Below, piece after piece: positions 44,801 through 61,367 of a stretch of 64,000 bases of DNA. Source of the stretch: Bugula neritina (Eukaryota > Animalia > Bryozoa); the NCBI GenBank assembly GCA_964035545.1, contig CAXIUT010000230.1, positions 806,001-870,000 on the forward strand. Reading direction: 5' to 3'. The translations under genes and the position numbers were made by a program. Under the pieces are notes generated by a model, which saw nothing but the letters and a program-made list of their open reading frames with translations, was not told the DNA's origin and made no database searches. Positions within the stretch are counted from its first letter, which is position 1. Each line of letters opens with the position of its first letter.

Positions 44801-45039
44801 CACTGCAACACTCTGAAATATACTGCAACACACTGAAACATACGGCAACATACCGAAATAAACTGCGACACGTTGTAAATTACTGCAACATACTGAAATA
44901 TACTGCGACGCCTTAAAATATACTGCAACATACTGAAATAGACTGCAAGTGGTGCAACATACTGAAATACACTGTGACACACTGAAATACACTGCAACGT
45001 ACTGCAACATACTGAAATATTGTGCGACACATTAAAATA

Positions 45040-48000
45040 TACTGCAACATATTGAAATATACTGTAACATACTGCAACATGCTAAAATACACTGCAGCAT
45101 ACTGAAATACATTGCAACACATTAAAATATACTGCGACATACTGAAACATACTGCAACATGCTGAAATATACTGCAACATACTGAAATACACTATAACAT
45201 ATTGAAATATACTGCAACATACTGAATTACACTCTAACATACTGAAATATGCTGTAGCATACTGAAATGCACTGCAACACACTGAAGTATACTGAAATAC
45301 ACTGCAACATACTGCAAGATACCGCAACCTACTGAAATACACTGTAACATATTGAAATACACTGCATCATACTGCAAAATACTGAATTACACTGGAACAT
45401 ATTGATATACACTGCAACACATTGAAATATAATGCAACACACTGAAACATACGGCAATATACCGAAATATACTGCGACACCTTGAAAAATACTGCAACAT
45501 ACGAAATATACTGCAAGTGGTGCAACATACTCAAATACAATGTGACACACTGAAATACACTGCAACATACTGCAACATACTGCAACATACTGAAATACAC
45601 TGTAACATATTGAAATACACTGCATCATACTGCAACATACTGAAAAACACTGGAACATATTGATATACACTGCAACTCATTGAAATATACAGCAACACAC
45701 TGCAACATACGGCAGCATATCGAAATATACTGCGACACCTTGAAAAATACTGCAACATACTGAAATATACTGCAAGTGGTGCAACATACTGAAATACACT
45801 GTGACATACTGAAATACACTGCAACATACTGCAAGATATTGCAACGTACGGAAATACAGTGTAACTTATTGAATTACACTGCATCATACTGCAACATACT
45901 GAGATACACCGGAACATATTGATATACACTGCAACACATTGAAATATACTGCAACACACTGAACCATATGGCAACATACCGAAATTTACTGCGACACACT
46001 AAAAAATACTGCAACATACGAATTATACTTCAAGTGGTGCAACATACTGAAATACATTGTGACACACTGAAATACACTGCAACATACTGCAACATACTGC
46101 AACATACTGAATTATTGTGCGACACATTGAAATATACTGCAACATATTGAAATATACCGTAACATACTGCAACATACTAAAATAGACTGCGACATAATGA
46201 AATACATTGCAACATGCTGAAATATACTGCAACATACTGAAATACACTATAACATATTGAAATATACTGCAACATACTAAATTACACTCTAACATACTGA
46301 AATATACTGCAACATACTGAATTACACTCTAACATACTGAAATATGCCGTAGCATACTGAAATACACTGCAACACACTGAAGTATACTGTAAAACACTGA
46401 AATGTGATGCAACATACTGAATTATACTGCAACATAGTGCAACATACTCAAATACACTACAACAAACTGCAACATACTGAAATACACTGGAACATATTGA
46501 AATACACTGCGACACATTGAAACATACTGCAACATACTGAAATACACTGTGACACATTGAAATACACTGCAACATACTGCAACATACTGCAACATACTGA
46601 AATACATTGCAACACAATAAAATATACTGCAACATACTGAAACATACTGCAACATACTGGAATATACTGCAACACACTGAAACATACGGCAACATACCGA
46701 AATGAACTGCGACACGTTGAAAATTACTGCAACATACTGAAATATACTGTGACACCTTAAAATATACTGCAACATACTGAAATAGACTGCAAGTGGTGCA
46801 ACATAGTGAAATACACTGTGACACACTGAAATGCACTGCAACATACTGCAACATACTGCAACATACTGAAATATTGTGCGACACAATAAAATATACTGCA
46901 ACATATTGAAATATACTGTAACATACTGCAACATACTAAAATACACTGCAACACATTAAAATATACTGCAACATACTGAAACATACTGCAACATACTGAA
47001 ATACACTGTGACACACTGAAATACACTACAACATACTGCAACATACTAAATTACACTGGAACATACTGCGACATACTGCAACATACTGAATTACACTGGA
47101 ACATATTGATATACACTGCAACACATTGAAATATACTGCAACACACTGAACCATATGGCAACATACCGAAATTTACTGCGACACGCTGAAAAATACTGCA
47201 ACATACGAATTATACTTCAAGTGGTGCAACATACTGAAATACATTGTGACACACTGAAATACACTGCAACATACTGCAACTTACTGCAACATACTGCAAC
47301 ATACTGAAATATTGTGCGACACATTGAAATATACTGCAACGTATTGAAATATACTGTAACATACTGCAACATACTAAAACACACTGCAACATACTGAAAT
47401 ACACTATTACATATTGAAATATACTGCAAAATACTGAATTACACTCTAACATACTGAAATATGCTGTAGCATACTGAAATACACTGCAACACACTGAAGT
47501 ATACTGTAATACACTGAAATGTAATGCAAAATACTGAACTATACTGCAACATAGTGCAACATACTGAAATACACTACAACATACTGCAACATATGAAATA
47601 CACTGGAACATTTTAAAATACACTGCGACACATTGAAACATACTGCAACATACTGAAATATACTGCAAGATACTGCAACATACTGAAACAGACTCTGACG
47701 TACTGAAATACACTGCAACATACTGCAAGATACCGCAACCTACTGTAATACACTGTAACATATTGAAATACACTGCATCATACTGCAACATACTGAATTA
47801 CACTGGAACATATTGATATACACTGCAACACATTGAAATATACTGCAACACACTGAAACATACGGCAATATACCAAAATATACTGCGACAGCTTGAAAAA
47901 TACTGCAACATACGAAATATACTGCAAGTGGTGCAACATACTGAAATACAATGTGACACACTGGAATACACTGCAACATACTGCAACATACTGCAACATA

Positions 48001-51000
48001 CTGAAATACACTGTAACATATTGAATTACACTGCATCATACTGCAACATACTGAAAAACACTGGAACATATTGATATACACTGCAACTCATTGAAATATA
48101 CTGCAACACACTGCAACATACGGCAGCATACCGAAATATACTGCGACACCTTGAAAAATACTGCAACATACTGAAATATACTGCAAGTGGTGCAACATAC
48201 TGAAATACACTGTGACACACTGAAATACACTGCAACATACTGCAAGATACTGCAACGTACGGAAATACAGTGTAACTTATTGAATTACACTGCATCATAC
48301 TGCAACATACTGAGATACACTGGAACATAATGATATACACTGCAACACATTGAAATATACTGCAACACACTGAACCATATGCCAACATACCGAAATTTAC
48401 TGCGACACACGGAAAAATACTGCAACATACAAAATACACTTCAAGTGGTGCAACATTCTGAAGTACAATGTGACACACTGAAATACACTGCAACATACTG
48501 CAACATACTGCAACATACTGAAACATTGTGCGACACATTGAAATATACTGCAACATATTGAAATATACTGTAACATACTGCAACATACTAAAATACACTG
48601 CAACATACTGAAATACATTGCAACACATTAAAATATACTGCGACATACTGAAACATACTGCAACATGCTGAAATATACTGCAACATACTGAAATACACTA
48701 TAACATATTGAAATATACCACAACATACTGAATTACACTCTAACATCTTGAAATATGCTATAGCATACTGAAATACACTGCAACACACTGAAGTATACTG
48801 TAATACACTGAAATGTAATGCAACATACTGAATTATACTGCAACATAGTGCAACATACTGAAATACACTGTGACACACTGAAATACACTGAAACATAATG
48901 CAAAATACTGCAACATACTGAAATACACTGTAACATATCGAAATACACTGCAACATACTGCAACATACTGCAACATACTGAATTACACTTGAACATAATG
49001 AAATACACTGCAACACAATGAAATATACTGCAACATATCGAAATGAATGGTAAACTAGTGTAATATACTGTAACATAATGAAACATACCGGAACATACTG
49101 CAACGTATTAAAGTATAGTGTAACACACTGAAATATACGGCAACATACCGAAATATACTGCAACACGTTGAAAAATATTGCAACATACTGAAATATACTG
49201 CAACATACTGCAACATACTGAAATACACTGGAACATATTGAACTACACTGCAACAGTCTGAAATATACTGCAATACACTGAAACATACGGCAACATACCG
49301 AAATAAACTGCGACACGTCGAAAATTACTGCAACATACTGAAATATACTGCGACGCCTTAAAATATACTGCAACATACTGAAATAGACTTCAAGTGGTGC
49401 AACATACTGAAATACACTGTGACACACTGAAATACACTGCAACGTACTGCAACATACTGAAATATTGTGCGACACAATAAAATATACTGCAACATATTGA
49501 AATATACTGTAACATACTGCAACATGCTAAAATACACTGCAGCATACTGAAATACATTGCAACACATTAAAATATACTGCGACATACTGAAACATACTGC
49601 AACATGCTGAAATAAACTGCGACACGTCGAAAATTACTGCAACATACTGAAATATACTGCGACGCCTTAAAATATACTGCAACATACTGAAATAGACTTC
49701 AAGTGGTGCAACATACTGAAATACACTGTGACACACTGAAATACACTGCAACGTACTGCAACATACTGAAATATTGTGCGACACAATAAAATATACTGCA
49801 ACATATTGAAATATACTGTAACATACTGCAACATGCTAAAATACACTGCAGCATACTGAAATACATTGCAACACATTAAAATATACTGCGACATACTGAA
49901 ACATACTGCAACATGCTGAAATATACTGCAACATACTGAAATACACTATAACATATTGAAATATACTGCAACATACTGAATTACACTCTAACATACTGAA
50001 ATATGCTGTAGCATACTGAAATGCACTGCAACACACTGAAGTATACTGAAATACACTGCAACATACTGCAAGATACCGCAACCTACTGAAATACACTGTA
50101 ACATATTGAAATACACTGCATCATACTGCAAAATACTGAATTACACTGGAACATATTGATATACACTGCAACACATTGAAATATAATGCAACACACTGAA
50201 ACATACGGCAATATACCGAAATATACTGCGACACCTTGAAAAATACTGCAACATACGAAATATACTGCAAGTGGTGCAACATACTCAAATACAATGTGAC
50301 ACACTGAAATACACTGCAACATACTGCAACATACTGCAACATACTGAAATACACTGTAACATATTGAAATACACTGCATCATACTGCAACATACTGAAAA
50401 ACACTGGAACATATTGATATACACTGCAACTCATTGAAATATACAGCAACACACTGCAACATACGGCAGCATATCGAAATATACTGCGACACCTTGAAAA
50501 ATACTGCAACATACTGAAATATACTGCAAGTGGTGCAACATACTGAAATACACTGTGACATACTGAAATACACTGCAACATACTGCAAGATATTGCAACG
50601 TACGGAAATACAGTGTAACTTATTGAATTACACTGCATCATACTGCAACATACTGAGATACACCGGAACATATTGATATACACTGCAACACATTGAAATA
50701 TACTGCAACACACTGAACCATATGGCAACATACCGAAATTTACTGCGACACACTAAAAAATACTGCAACATACGAATTATACTTCAAGTGGTGCAACATA
50801 CTGAAATACATTGTGACACACTGAAATACACTGCAACATACTGCAACATACTGCAACATACTGAATTATTGTGCGACACATTGAAATATACTGCAACATA
50901 TTGAAATATACCGTAACATACTGCAACATACTAAAATAGACTGCAACATAATGAAATACATTGCAACACATTAAAATATACTGCGACATACTGAAACATA

Positions 51001-53300
51001 CTGCAACATGCTGAAATATACTGCAACATACTGAAATACACTATAACATATTGAAATATACTGCAACATACTAAATTACACTCTAACATACTGAAATATA
51101 CTGCAACATACTGAATTACACTCTAACATACTGAAATATGCCGTAGCATACTGAAATACACTGCAACACACTGAAGTATACTGTAAAACACTGAAATGTG
51201 ATGCAACATACTGAATTATACTGCAACATAGTACAACATACTCAAATACACTACAACAAACTGCAACATACTGAAATACACTGGAACATATTGAAATACA
51301 CTGCGACACATTGAAACATACTGCAACATACTGAAATACACTGTGACACATTGAAATACACTGCAACATACTGCAACATACTGCAACATACTGAAATACA
51401 TTGCAACACAATAAAATATACTGCAACATACTGAAACATATTGCAACATACTGGAATATACTGCAACACACTGAAACATACGGCAACATACCGAAATGAA
51501 CTGCGACACGTTGAAAATTACTGCAACATACTGAAATATACTGTGACACCTTAAAATATACTGCAACATACTGAAATAGACTGCAAGTGGTGCAACATAG
51601 TGAAATACACTGTGACACACTGAAATGCACTGCAACATACTGCAACATACTGCAACATACTGAAATATTGTGCGACACAATAAAATATACTGCAACATAT
51701 TGAAATATACTGTAACATACTGCAACATACTAAAATACACTGCAACACATTAAAATATACTGCAACATACTGAAACATACTGCAACATACTGAAATACAC
51801 TGTGACACACTGAAATACACTACAACATACTGCAACATACTAAATTACACTGGAACATACTGCAACATACTGCAACATACTGAATTACACTGGAACATAT
51901 TGATATACACTGCAACACATTGAAATATACTGCAACACACTGAACCATATGGCAACATACCGAATTTTACTGCGACACGCTGAAAAATACTGCAACATAC
52001 GAATTATACTTCAAGTGGTGCAACATACTGAAATACATTGTGACACACTGAAATACACTGCAACATACTGCAACATACTGCAACATACTGCAACATACTG
52101 AAATATTGTGCGACTTATTGAAATATACTGCAACGTATTGAAATATACTGTAACATACTGCAACATACTAAAACACACTGCAACATACTGAAATACACTA
52201 TTACATATTGAAATATACTGCAAAATACTGAATTACACTCTAACATACTGAAATATGCTGTAGCATACTGAAATACACTGCAACACACTGAAGTATACTG
52301 TAATACACTGAAATGTAATGCAAAATACTGAACTATACTGCAACATAGTGCAACATACTGAAATACACTACAACATACTGCAACATATGAAATACACTGG
52401 AACATTTTGAAATACACTGCGACACATTGAAACATACTGCAACATACTGAAATATACTGCAAGATACTGCAACATACTGAAACAGACTCTGACGTACTGA
52501 AATACACTGCAACATACTGCAAGATACCGCAACCTACTGTAATACACTGTAACATATTGAAATACACTGCATCATACTGCAACATACTGAATTACACTGG
52601 AACATATTGATATACACTGCAACACATTGAAATATACTGCAACACACTGAAACATACGGCAATATACCAAAATATACTGCGACAGCTTGAAAAATACTGC
52701 AACATACGAAATATACTGCAAGTGGTGCAACATACTGAAATACAATGTGACACACTGGAATACACTGCAACATACTGCAACATACTGCAACATACTGAAA
52801 TACACTGTAACATATTGAATTACACTGCATCATACTGCAACATACTGAAAAACACTGGAACATATTGATATACACTGCAACTCATTGAAATATACTGCAA
52901 CACACTGCAACATACGGCAGCATACCGAAATATACTGCGACACCTTGAAAAATACTGCAACATACTGAAATATACTGCAAGTGGTGCAACATACTGAAAT
53001 ACACTGTGACACACTGAAATACACTGCAACATACTGCAAGATACTGCAACGTACGGAAATACAGTGTAACTTATTGAATTACACTGCATCATACTGCAAC
53101 ATACTGAGATACACTGGAACATATTGATATACACTGCAACACATTGAAATATACTGCAACACACTGAACCATATGGCAACATACTAAAATTTACTGCGAC
53201 ACACGGAAAAATACTGCAACATACAAAATATACTTCAAGTGGTGCAACATTCTGAAATACAATGTGACACACTGAAATACACTGCCACATACTGCAACAT
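45040..53300 (+). repeat. Segmental duplication ~45040-48510 vs ~49790-53300 (offset 4754, then 4794 after a 40-bp indel near 46210)
   Basis: ORF twins 45082/49836 and 45968/50722 (4754), 46282/51076 and 47740/52534 (4794). Shared private variants GCCGTAGC, GACTCTGACG, GACAGCTTG and a 1-bp deletion CATATGAAA. Confidence 0.9.
49301..49918 (+). repeat. 309-bp tandem duplication (31 monomers, one of them a 9-mer)
   Basis: Private CACGTCGAAA and AGACTTCAAG variants are present in both copies; ORF twins 49358/49667. Confidence 0.9.
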
Positions 53301-53914
53301 ACTGCAACATACTGAAATACACCGTAACATATCGAAATACACTGCAACATACTGCAACATAATGAAATGCACCGGAACATAATGGAATACCCTGCAACAC
53401 ACTGAAATATACTGCAACAGACTGAAACATAAGGTAACACAATGAAGTATACTGCGACACATTAAAATATACTGCAACATACTGAAATATACTGCAACAT
53501 ACTGAAATGTAATGTAATATACAGAAATGTACTGTAACATACTGAAATATACTGTAACAGACTGAAATATACTCTAACATACCAAAATACACTGTAACAT
53601 ACTGAAATATACTGCAACATACTGCAACATACTGAATTACACTTGAACATAATGAAATACACTGCAACACATTGAAATATACTGCAACATATCGAAATGA
53701 ATGGTAAACTAGTGTAATATACTGTAACATAATGAAACATACGGGAACATACTGCAACGTATTAAAGCATAGTGTAACACACTGAAATATACGGCAACAT
53801 ACCGAAATATCCTGCAACACGTTGAAAAATATTGCAACATACTGAAATATACTGCAACATATTGAACTACACTGCAACACTCTGAAATATACTGCAACAC
53901 AGTGAAACATAAGG

Positions 53915-56900
53915 CAACATACCGAAATAAACTGCGACACGTTGAAAATTACTGCAACATACTGAAACATAAGGTAACACAATGAAGTATACTGCGACAC
54001 ATTAAAATATACTGCAACTTACTGAAATATACTGCAACATACTGCAACATACTGCAACATACTGAAATACACTGTGACATACTGAAATACACTGCAACAT
54101 ACTGTAAGATACTGCAACGTACGGAAATACAGTGTAACTTATTGAATTACACTGCATCATACTGCAACATACTGAGATACACTGGAACATATTGATATAC
54201 ACTGCAACACATTGAAATATACTGCAACACACTGAACCATATGGCAACATACCGAAATATACTGCGACACACTGAAAAATACTGCAACATACGAATTATA
54301 CTTCAAGTGGTGCAACATTCTGAAATACACTGTGACACACTGAAATACACTGCAACATACTGCAACATACTGCAACATACTGAAATATTGTGCGACACAT
54401 TAAAATATACTGCAACATATTGAAATATACTGTAACATACTGCAACATACTAAAATACACTGCAACACATTAAAATCTACTGCAACATACTGAAACATAC
54501 TGCAACATACTGAAATAAACTGTGACACACTGAAATACACTGCAACATACTGCAACATACTGCAACATACTGAATTACACTGGAACATTTTGATATACAC
54601 TGCAACACATTGAAATATACTGCAACACACTGAACCATATGGCAACATACCGAAATTTACTGCGACACACTGAAAAATACTGCAACATACGAATTATACT
54701 TCAAGTGGTGCAACATACTTAAATACAATATGACACACTGAAATACACTGCAACATACTGCAACATACTGCAACATACTGAAATATTGTGCGACACATTG
54801 AAATATACTGCAACATATTGAAATATACTGTAACATACTGCAACATACTAAAATACACTGCAACATACTGAAATACATTGCAACACATCAAAAAATACTG
54901 CGACATACTGAAACATACTGCAACATGCTGAAATATACTGCAACATACTGAAATACACTATAACATATTGAAATATACGGCAACATACTGAATTACACTC
55001 TAACATACTGAAATATGCTGTAGCATACTGAAATACACTGCAACACACTAAAGTATACTGTAATACACTGAAATGTAATGCAACATACTGAATTATACTG
55101 CAACATAGTACAACATACTGGAATACACTACAACATACTGCAACATACTGAAATACACTGGAACATATTGAAATACACTGCGACACATTGAAACATACTG
55201 CAACATACTGAAATATACTGTAAGATACTGCAACATACTGAAACAGACTGTGACATACTGAAATACACTGCAACATACTGCAAGATACCGCAACCTACTG
55301 AAATACACTGTAACATATTGAAATACACTGCATCATACTGCAACATACTGAATTACACTGGAACATATTGATTTACACTGTAACACATTGAAATATAATG
55401 CAACACACTGAAACATACGGCAATATACCGAAATATACTGCGACACCTTGAAAAATACTGCAACATACGAAATATACTGCAAGTGGTGCAACATACTGAA
55501 ATACAATGTGACACACTGGAATACACTGCAACATACTGCAACATACTGCAACATACTGAAATACACTGTAACATATTGAAATACACTGCATCATACTGCA
55601 ACATACTGAAAAACACTGGAACATATTGATATACACTGCAACTCATTGAAATATACTGCAACACACTGCAACATACGGCAGCATACCGAAATATACTGCG
55701 ACACCTTGAAAAATACTGCAACATACGAAATATACTGCAAGTGGTACAACATACTGAAATACACTGTGACATACTGAAATACACTGCAACATACTGCAAG
55801 ATATTGCAACGTACGGAAAGACAGTGTAATTTATTGAATTACACTGCATCATACTGCAACATACTGAGATACACTGGAACATATTGATTTACACTGCAAC
55901 ACATTGAAATATACTGCAACATACTGAAACATACTGCAACATACTGAAATACATTGTGACACACTGAAATACACTGCAACATACTGCAACATACTAAAAT
56001 ACACTGCAACACATTAAAATATACTGCAACATACTGAAACATACTGCAACATACTGAAATACATTGTGACACACTGAAATACACTGCAACATACTGCAAC
56101 ATACTAAAATACACTGGAACATACTGCAACATACTGCAACATACTGAATTACACTGGAACATATTGATATGCACTGCAACACATTGAAATATACTGCAAC
56201 ACACTGAACCATATGGCAACATACCGAAATTTACTGCGACACACTGAAAAATACTGCAACATACGAATTATACTTCAAGTGGTGCAACATACTGAAATAC
56301 AATGTGACACACTGAAATACACTGCAACATGCTGCAACATACTGCAACATACTGAAATATTGTGCGACACATTGAAATATACTGCAACGTATTGAAATAT
56401 ACTGTAACATACCGCAACATACTAAAACACACTGCAACATACTGAAATACATTGCAACACATTAAAATCTATTGCGACATACTGAAACATACTGCAACAT
56501 GCTGAAATATACTGCAACATACTGAAATACACTATCACATATTGAAATATACTGCAAAATACTGAATTACACTCTAACATACTGAAATATGCTGTAGCAT
56601 ACTGAAATACACTGCAAACACTGAAGTATACTGTAATACACTGAAATGTAATGCAAAATACTGAAGTATACTGCAACATAGTGCAACATACTTAAATACA
56701 CTACAACATACTGCAACATACTGAAATACACTGGAACATTTTGAAAAACACTGCGACACATTGAAACATACTGCAACATACTGAAATAGACTGCAAGTGG
56801 TGCAACATACTGAAATACACTGTGACACACTGAAATACACTGCAACATACTGCAACAAACTGCAACATACTGAAATATTGTGCGACACATTAAAATATAC

Positions 56901-59900
56901 TGCAACATATTGAAATATACTGTAACATACTGCAACATACTAAAATACACTGCAACACATTAAAATCTACTGCAACATACTGAAACATACTGCAACATAC
57001 TGAAATACACTGTGACACACTGAAATACACTGCAACATACTGCAACATACTGCAACATACTGAATTACACTGGAACATATTGATATACACTGCAACACAT
57101 TGAAATATACTGCAACACATTGAACCATATGGCAACATACCGAAATTTACTGCGACACACTGAAAAATACTGCAACATACGAATTATACTTCAAGTGGTG
57201 CAACATACTGAAATACAATGTGACACACTGAAATACACTGCAACATACTGCAACATACTGCAACATACTGAAATATTGTGCGACACATTGAAATATACTG
57301 CAACATATTGTAATATACTGTAACATACTGCAACATACTAAAATACACTGCAGCATACTGAAATACATTGCAACACATTAAAGTATACTGCGACATACTG
57401 AAACATACTGCAACATGCTGAAATATACTGCAACATACTGAAATACACTATAACATATTGAAATATACTGCAACATACTGAATTACACTCTAACATACTG
57501 AAATATGCTGTAGCATACTGAAATACACTGCAACACACTGAAGTATACTGAAATACACTGCAACATACTGCAAGATACCGCAACCTACTGAAATACACTG
57601 TAAAATATTGAAATACACTGCATCATACTGCAACATACTGAATTACACTGGAACATATTGATATACACTGCAACACATTGAAATATAATGCAACACACTG
57701 AAACATACGGCAATATACCGAAATATACTGCGACACCTTGAAAAATACTGCAACATACGAAATATACTGCAAGTGGTGCAACATACTGAAATACAATGTG
57801 ACACACTGGAATACACTGCAACATACAGCAACATACTGCAACATACTGAAATACACTGTAACATATTGAAATACACTGCATCATACTGCAACATACTGAA
57901 AAACACTGGAACATATTGATATACACTGCAACTCATTGAAATATACTGCAACACACTGCAACATACGGCAGCATACCGAAATATACTGCGACACCTTGAA
58001 AAATACTGCAACATACGAAATATACTGCAAGTGGTGCAACATACTGAAATACACTGTGACATACTGAAATACACTGCAACATACTGCAAGATATTGCAAC
58101 GTACGGAAATACAGTGTAACTTATTGACTTACACTGCACCATACTCCAACATACTGAGATACACCGGAACATATTGATATACACTGCAACACATTGAAAT
58201 ATACTGCAACACACTGAACCATATGGCAACATACCGAAATTTACTGCGACACACCGAAAAATACTGCAACATACGAATTATACTTCAAGTGGTGCAACAT
58301 ACTGAAACACATTGTGACACACTGAAATACACTGCAACATACTGCAACATACTGCAACATACTGAAATACATTGCAACACATTAAAATAAACTGCAACAT
58401 ACTGAAACATACTGCAACATACTGAAATATACTGCAACACACTGAAACATACGGCAACATACCGAAATAAACTGCGACACGTTGAAAATTACTGCAACAT
58501 ACTGAAATATACTGCGACGCCTTAAAATATACTGCAACATACTGAAATAGACTGCAAGTGGTGCAACATAGTGAAATACACTGTGACACACTGAAATACA
58601 CTGCAACATACTGCAACATACTGCAACATACTGAAATATTGTGCGACACAATAAAATATACTGCAACATATTGAAATATACTGTAACATACTGCAACATA
58701 CTAAAATACACTGCAACACATTAAAATATACTGCAACATACTGAAACATACTGCAACATACTGAAATACACTGTGACACACTGAAATACACTGCAACATA
58801 CTGCAACCTACTGCAACATACTGAATTATTGTGCGACACATTGAAATATACTGCAACATATTGAAATATACCGTAACATACTGCAACATACTAAAATAGA
58901 CTGCAACATACTGAAATACATTGCAACACATTAAAATATACTGCGACATGCTGAAACATACTGCAACATGCTGAAATATACTGCAACATACTGAAATACA
59001 CTATAACATATTGAAATATGCTGCAACATACTGAATTACACTCTAACATACTGAAATATGCTGTAGCATACTGAAATACACTGCAACACACTGAAGTATA
59101 CTGTAATACACTGAAATGTGATGCAACATACTGAATTATACTGCAACATAGTGCAACATACTCAAATACACTACAACAAACTGCAACATACTGAAATACA
59201 CTGGAACATATTGAAATACACTGCGACACATTGAAACATACTGCAACATACTGAAATACACTGTGACACATTGAAATACACTGCAACATACTGCAACATA
59301 CTGCAACATACTGAAATACATTGCAACACATTAAAATATACTGCAACATACTGAAACATACTGCAACATACCGAAATAAACTGCGACACGTTGAAAATTA
59401 CTGCAACATACTGAAACATAAGGTAACACAATGAAGTATACTGCGACACATTAAAATATACTGCAACTTACTGAAATATACTGCAACATACTGCAACATA
59501 CTGCAACATACTGAAATACACTGTGACATACTGAAATACACTGCAACATACTGCAAGATACTGCAACGTACGGAAATACAGTGTAACTTATTGAATTACA
59601 CTGCATCATACTGCAACATACTGAGATACACTGGAACATATTGATATACACTGCAACACATTGAAATATACTGCAACACACTGAACCATATATCAACATA
59701 CCGAAATTTACTGCGACACACTGAAAAATACTGCAACATACGAATTATACTTCAAGTGGTGCAACATTCTGAAATACACTGTGACACACTGAAATACACT
59801 GCAACATACTGCAACATACTGCAACATACTGAAATATTGTGCGACACATTAAAATATACTGCAACATATTGAAATATACTGTAACATACTGCAACATACT

Positions 59901-61367
59901 AAAATACACTGCAACACATTAAAATCTACTGCAACATACTGAAACATACTGCAACATACTGAAATAAACTGTGACACACTGAAATACACTGCAACATACT
60001 GCAACATACTGCAACATACTGAATTACTGGAACATTTTGATATACACTGCAACACATTGAAATATACTGCAACACACTGAACCATATGGCAACATACCGA
60101 AATTTACTGCGACACACTGAAAAATACTGCAACATACGAATTATACTTCAAGTGGTGCAACATACTTAAATACAATATGACACACTGAAATACACTGCAA
60201 CATACTGCAACATACTGCAACATACTGAAATATTGTGCGACACATTGAAATATACTGCAACATATTGAAATATACTGTAACATACTGCAACATACTAAAA
60301 TACACTGCAACATACTGAAATACATTGCAACACATTAAAAAATACTGCGACATACTGAAACATACTGCAACATGCTGAAATATACTGCAACATACTGAAA
60401 TACACTATAACATATTGAAATATACGGCAACATACTGAATTACACTCTAACATACTGAAATATGCTGTAGCATACTGAAATACACTGCAACACACTGAAG
60501 TATACTGTAATACACTGAAATGTAATGCAACATACTAAATTATACTGCAACATAGTACAACATACTGGAATACACTACAACATACTGCAACATACTGAAA
60601 TACACTGGAACATATTGAAATACACTGCGACACATTGAAACATACTGCAACATACTGAAATATACTGTAAGATACTGCAACATACTGAAACAGACTGTGA
60701 CATACTGAAATACACTGCAACATACTGCAAGATACCGCAACCTACTGAAATACACTGTAACATATTGAAATACACTGCATCATACTGCAACATACTGAAT
60801 TACACTGGAACATATTGATTTACACTGTAACACATTGAAATATAATGCAACACACTGAAACATACGGCAATATACCGAAATATACTGCGACACCTTGAAA
60901 AATACTGCAACATACGAAATATACTGCAAGTGGTGCAACATACTGAAATACAAAGTGACACACTGGAATACACTGCAACATACTGCAACATACTGCAACA
61001 TACTGAAATACACTGTAACATATTGAAATACACTGCATCATACTGCAACATACTGAAAAACACTGGAACATATTGATATACACTGCAACTCATTGAAATA
61101 TACTGCAACACACTGCAACATACGGCAGCATACCGAAATATACTGCGACACCTTGAAAAATACTGCAACATACGAAATATACTGCAAGTGGTACAACATA
61201 CTGAAATACACTGTGACATACTGAAATACACTGCAACATACTGCAAGATATTGCAACGTACGGAAAGACAGTGTAATTTATTGAATTACACTGCATCATA
61301 CTGCAACATACTGAGATACACTGGAACATATTGATTTACACTGCAACACATTGAAATATACTGCAAC
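53915..61367 (+). repeat. Non-adjacent segmental duplication ~53915-55920 vs ~59364-61367 (offset 5449, then 5447 after a 2-bp deletion at ~60027)
   Basis: ORF twins 54002/59451 (5449), 54657/60104 and 55333/60780 (5447). Shared private variants CATACTTAAATACAATATG, AAGTGGTACAAC and CGGAAAGACAGTGTAATTTA. Confidence 0.9.
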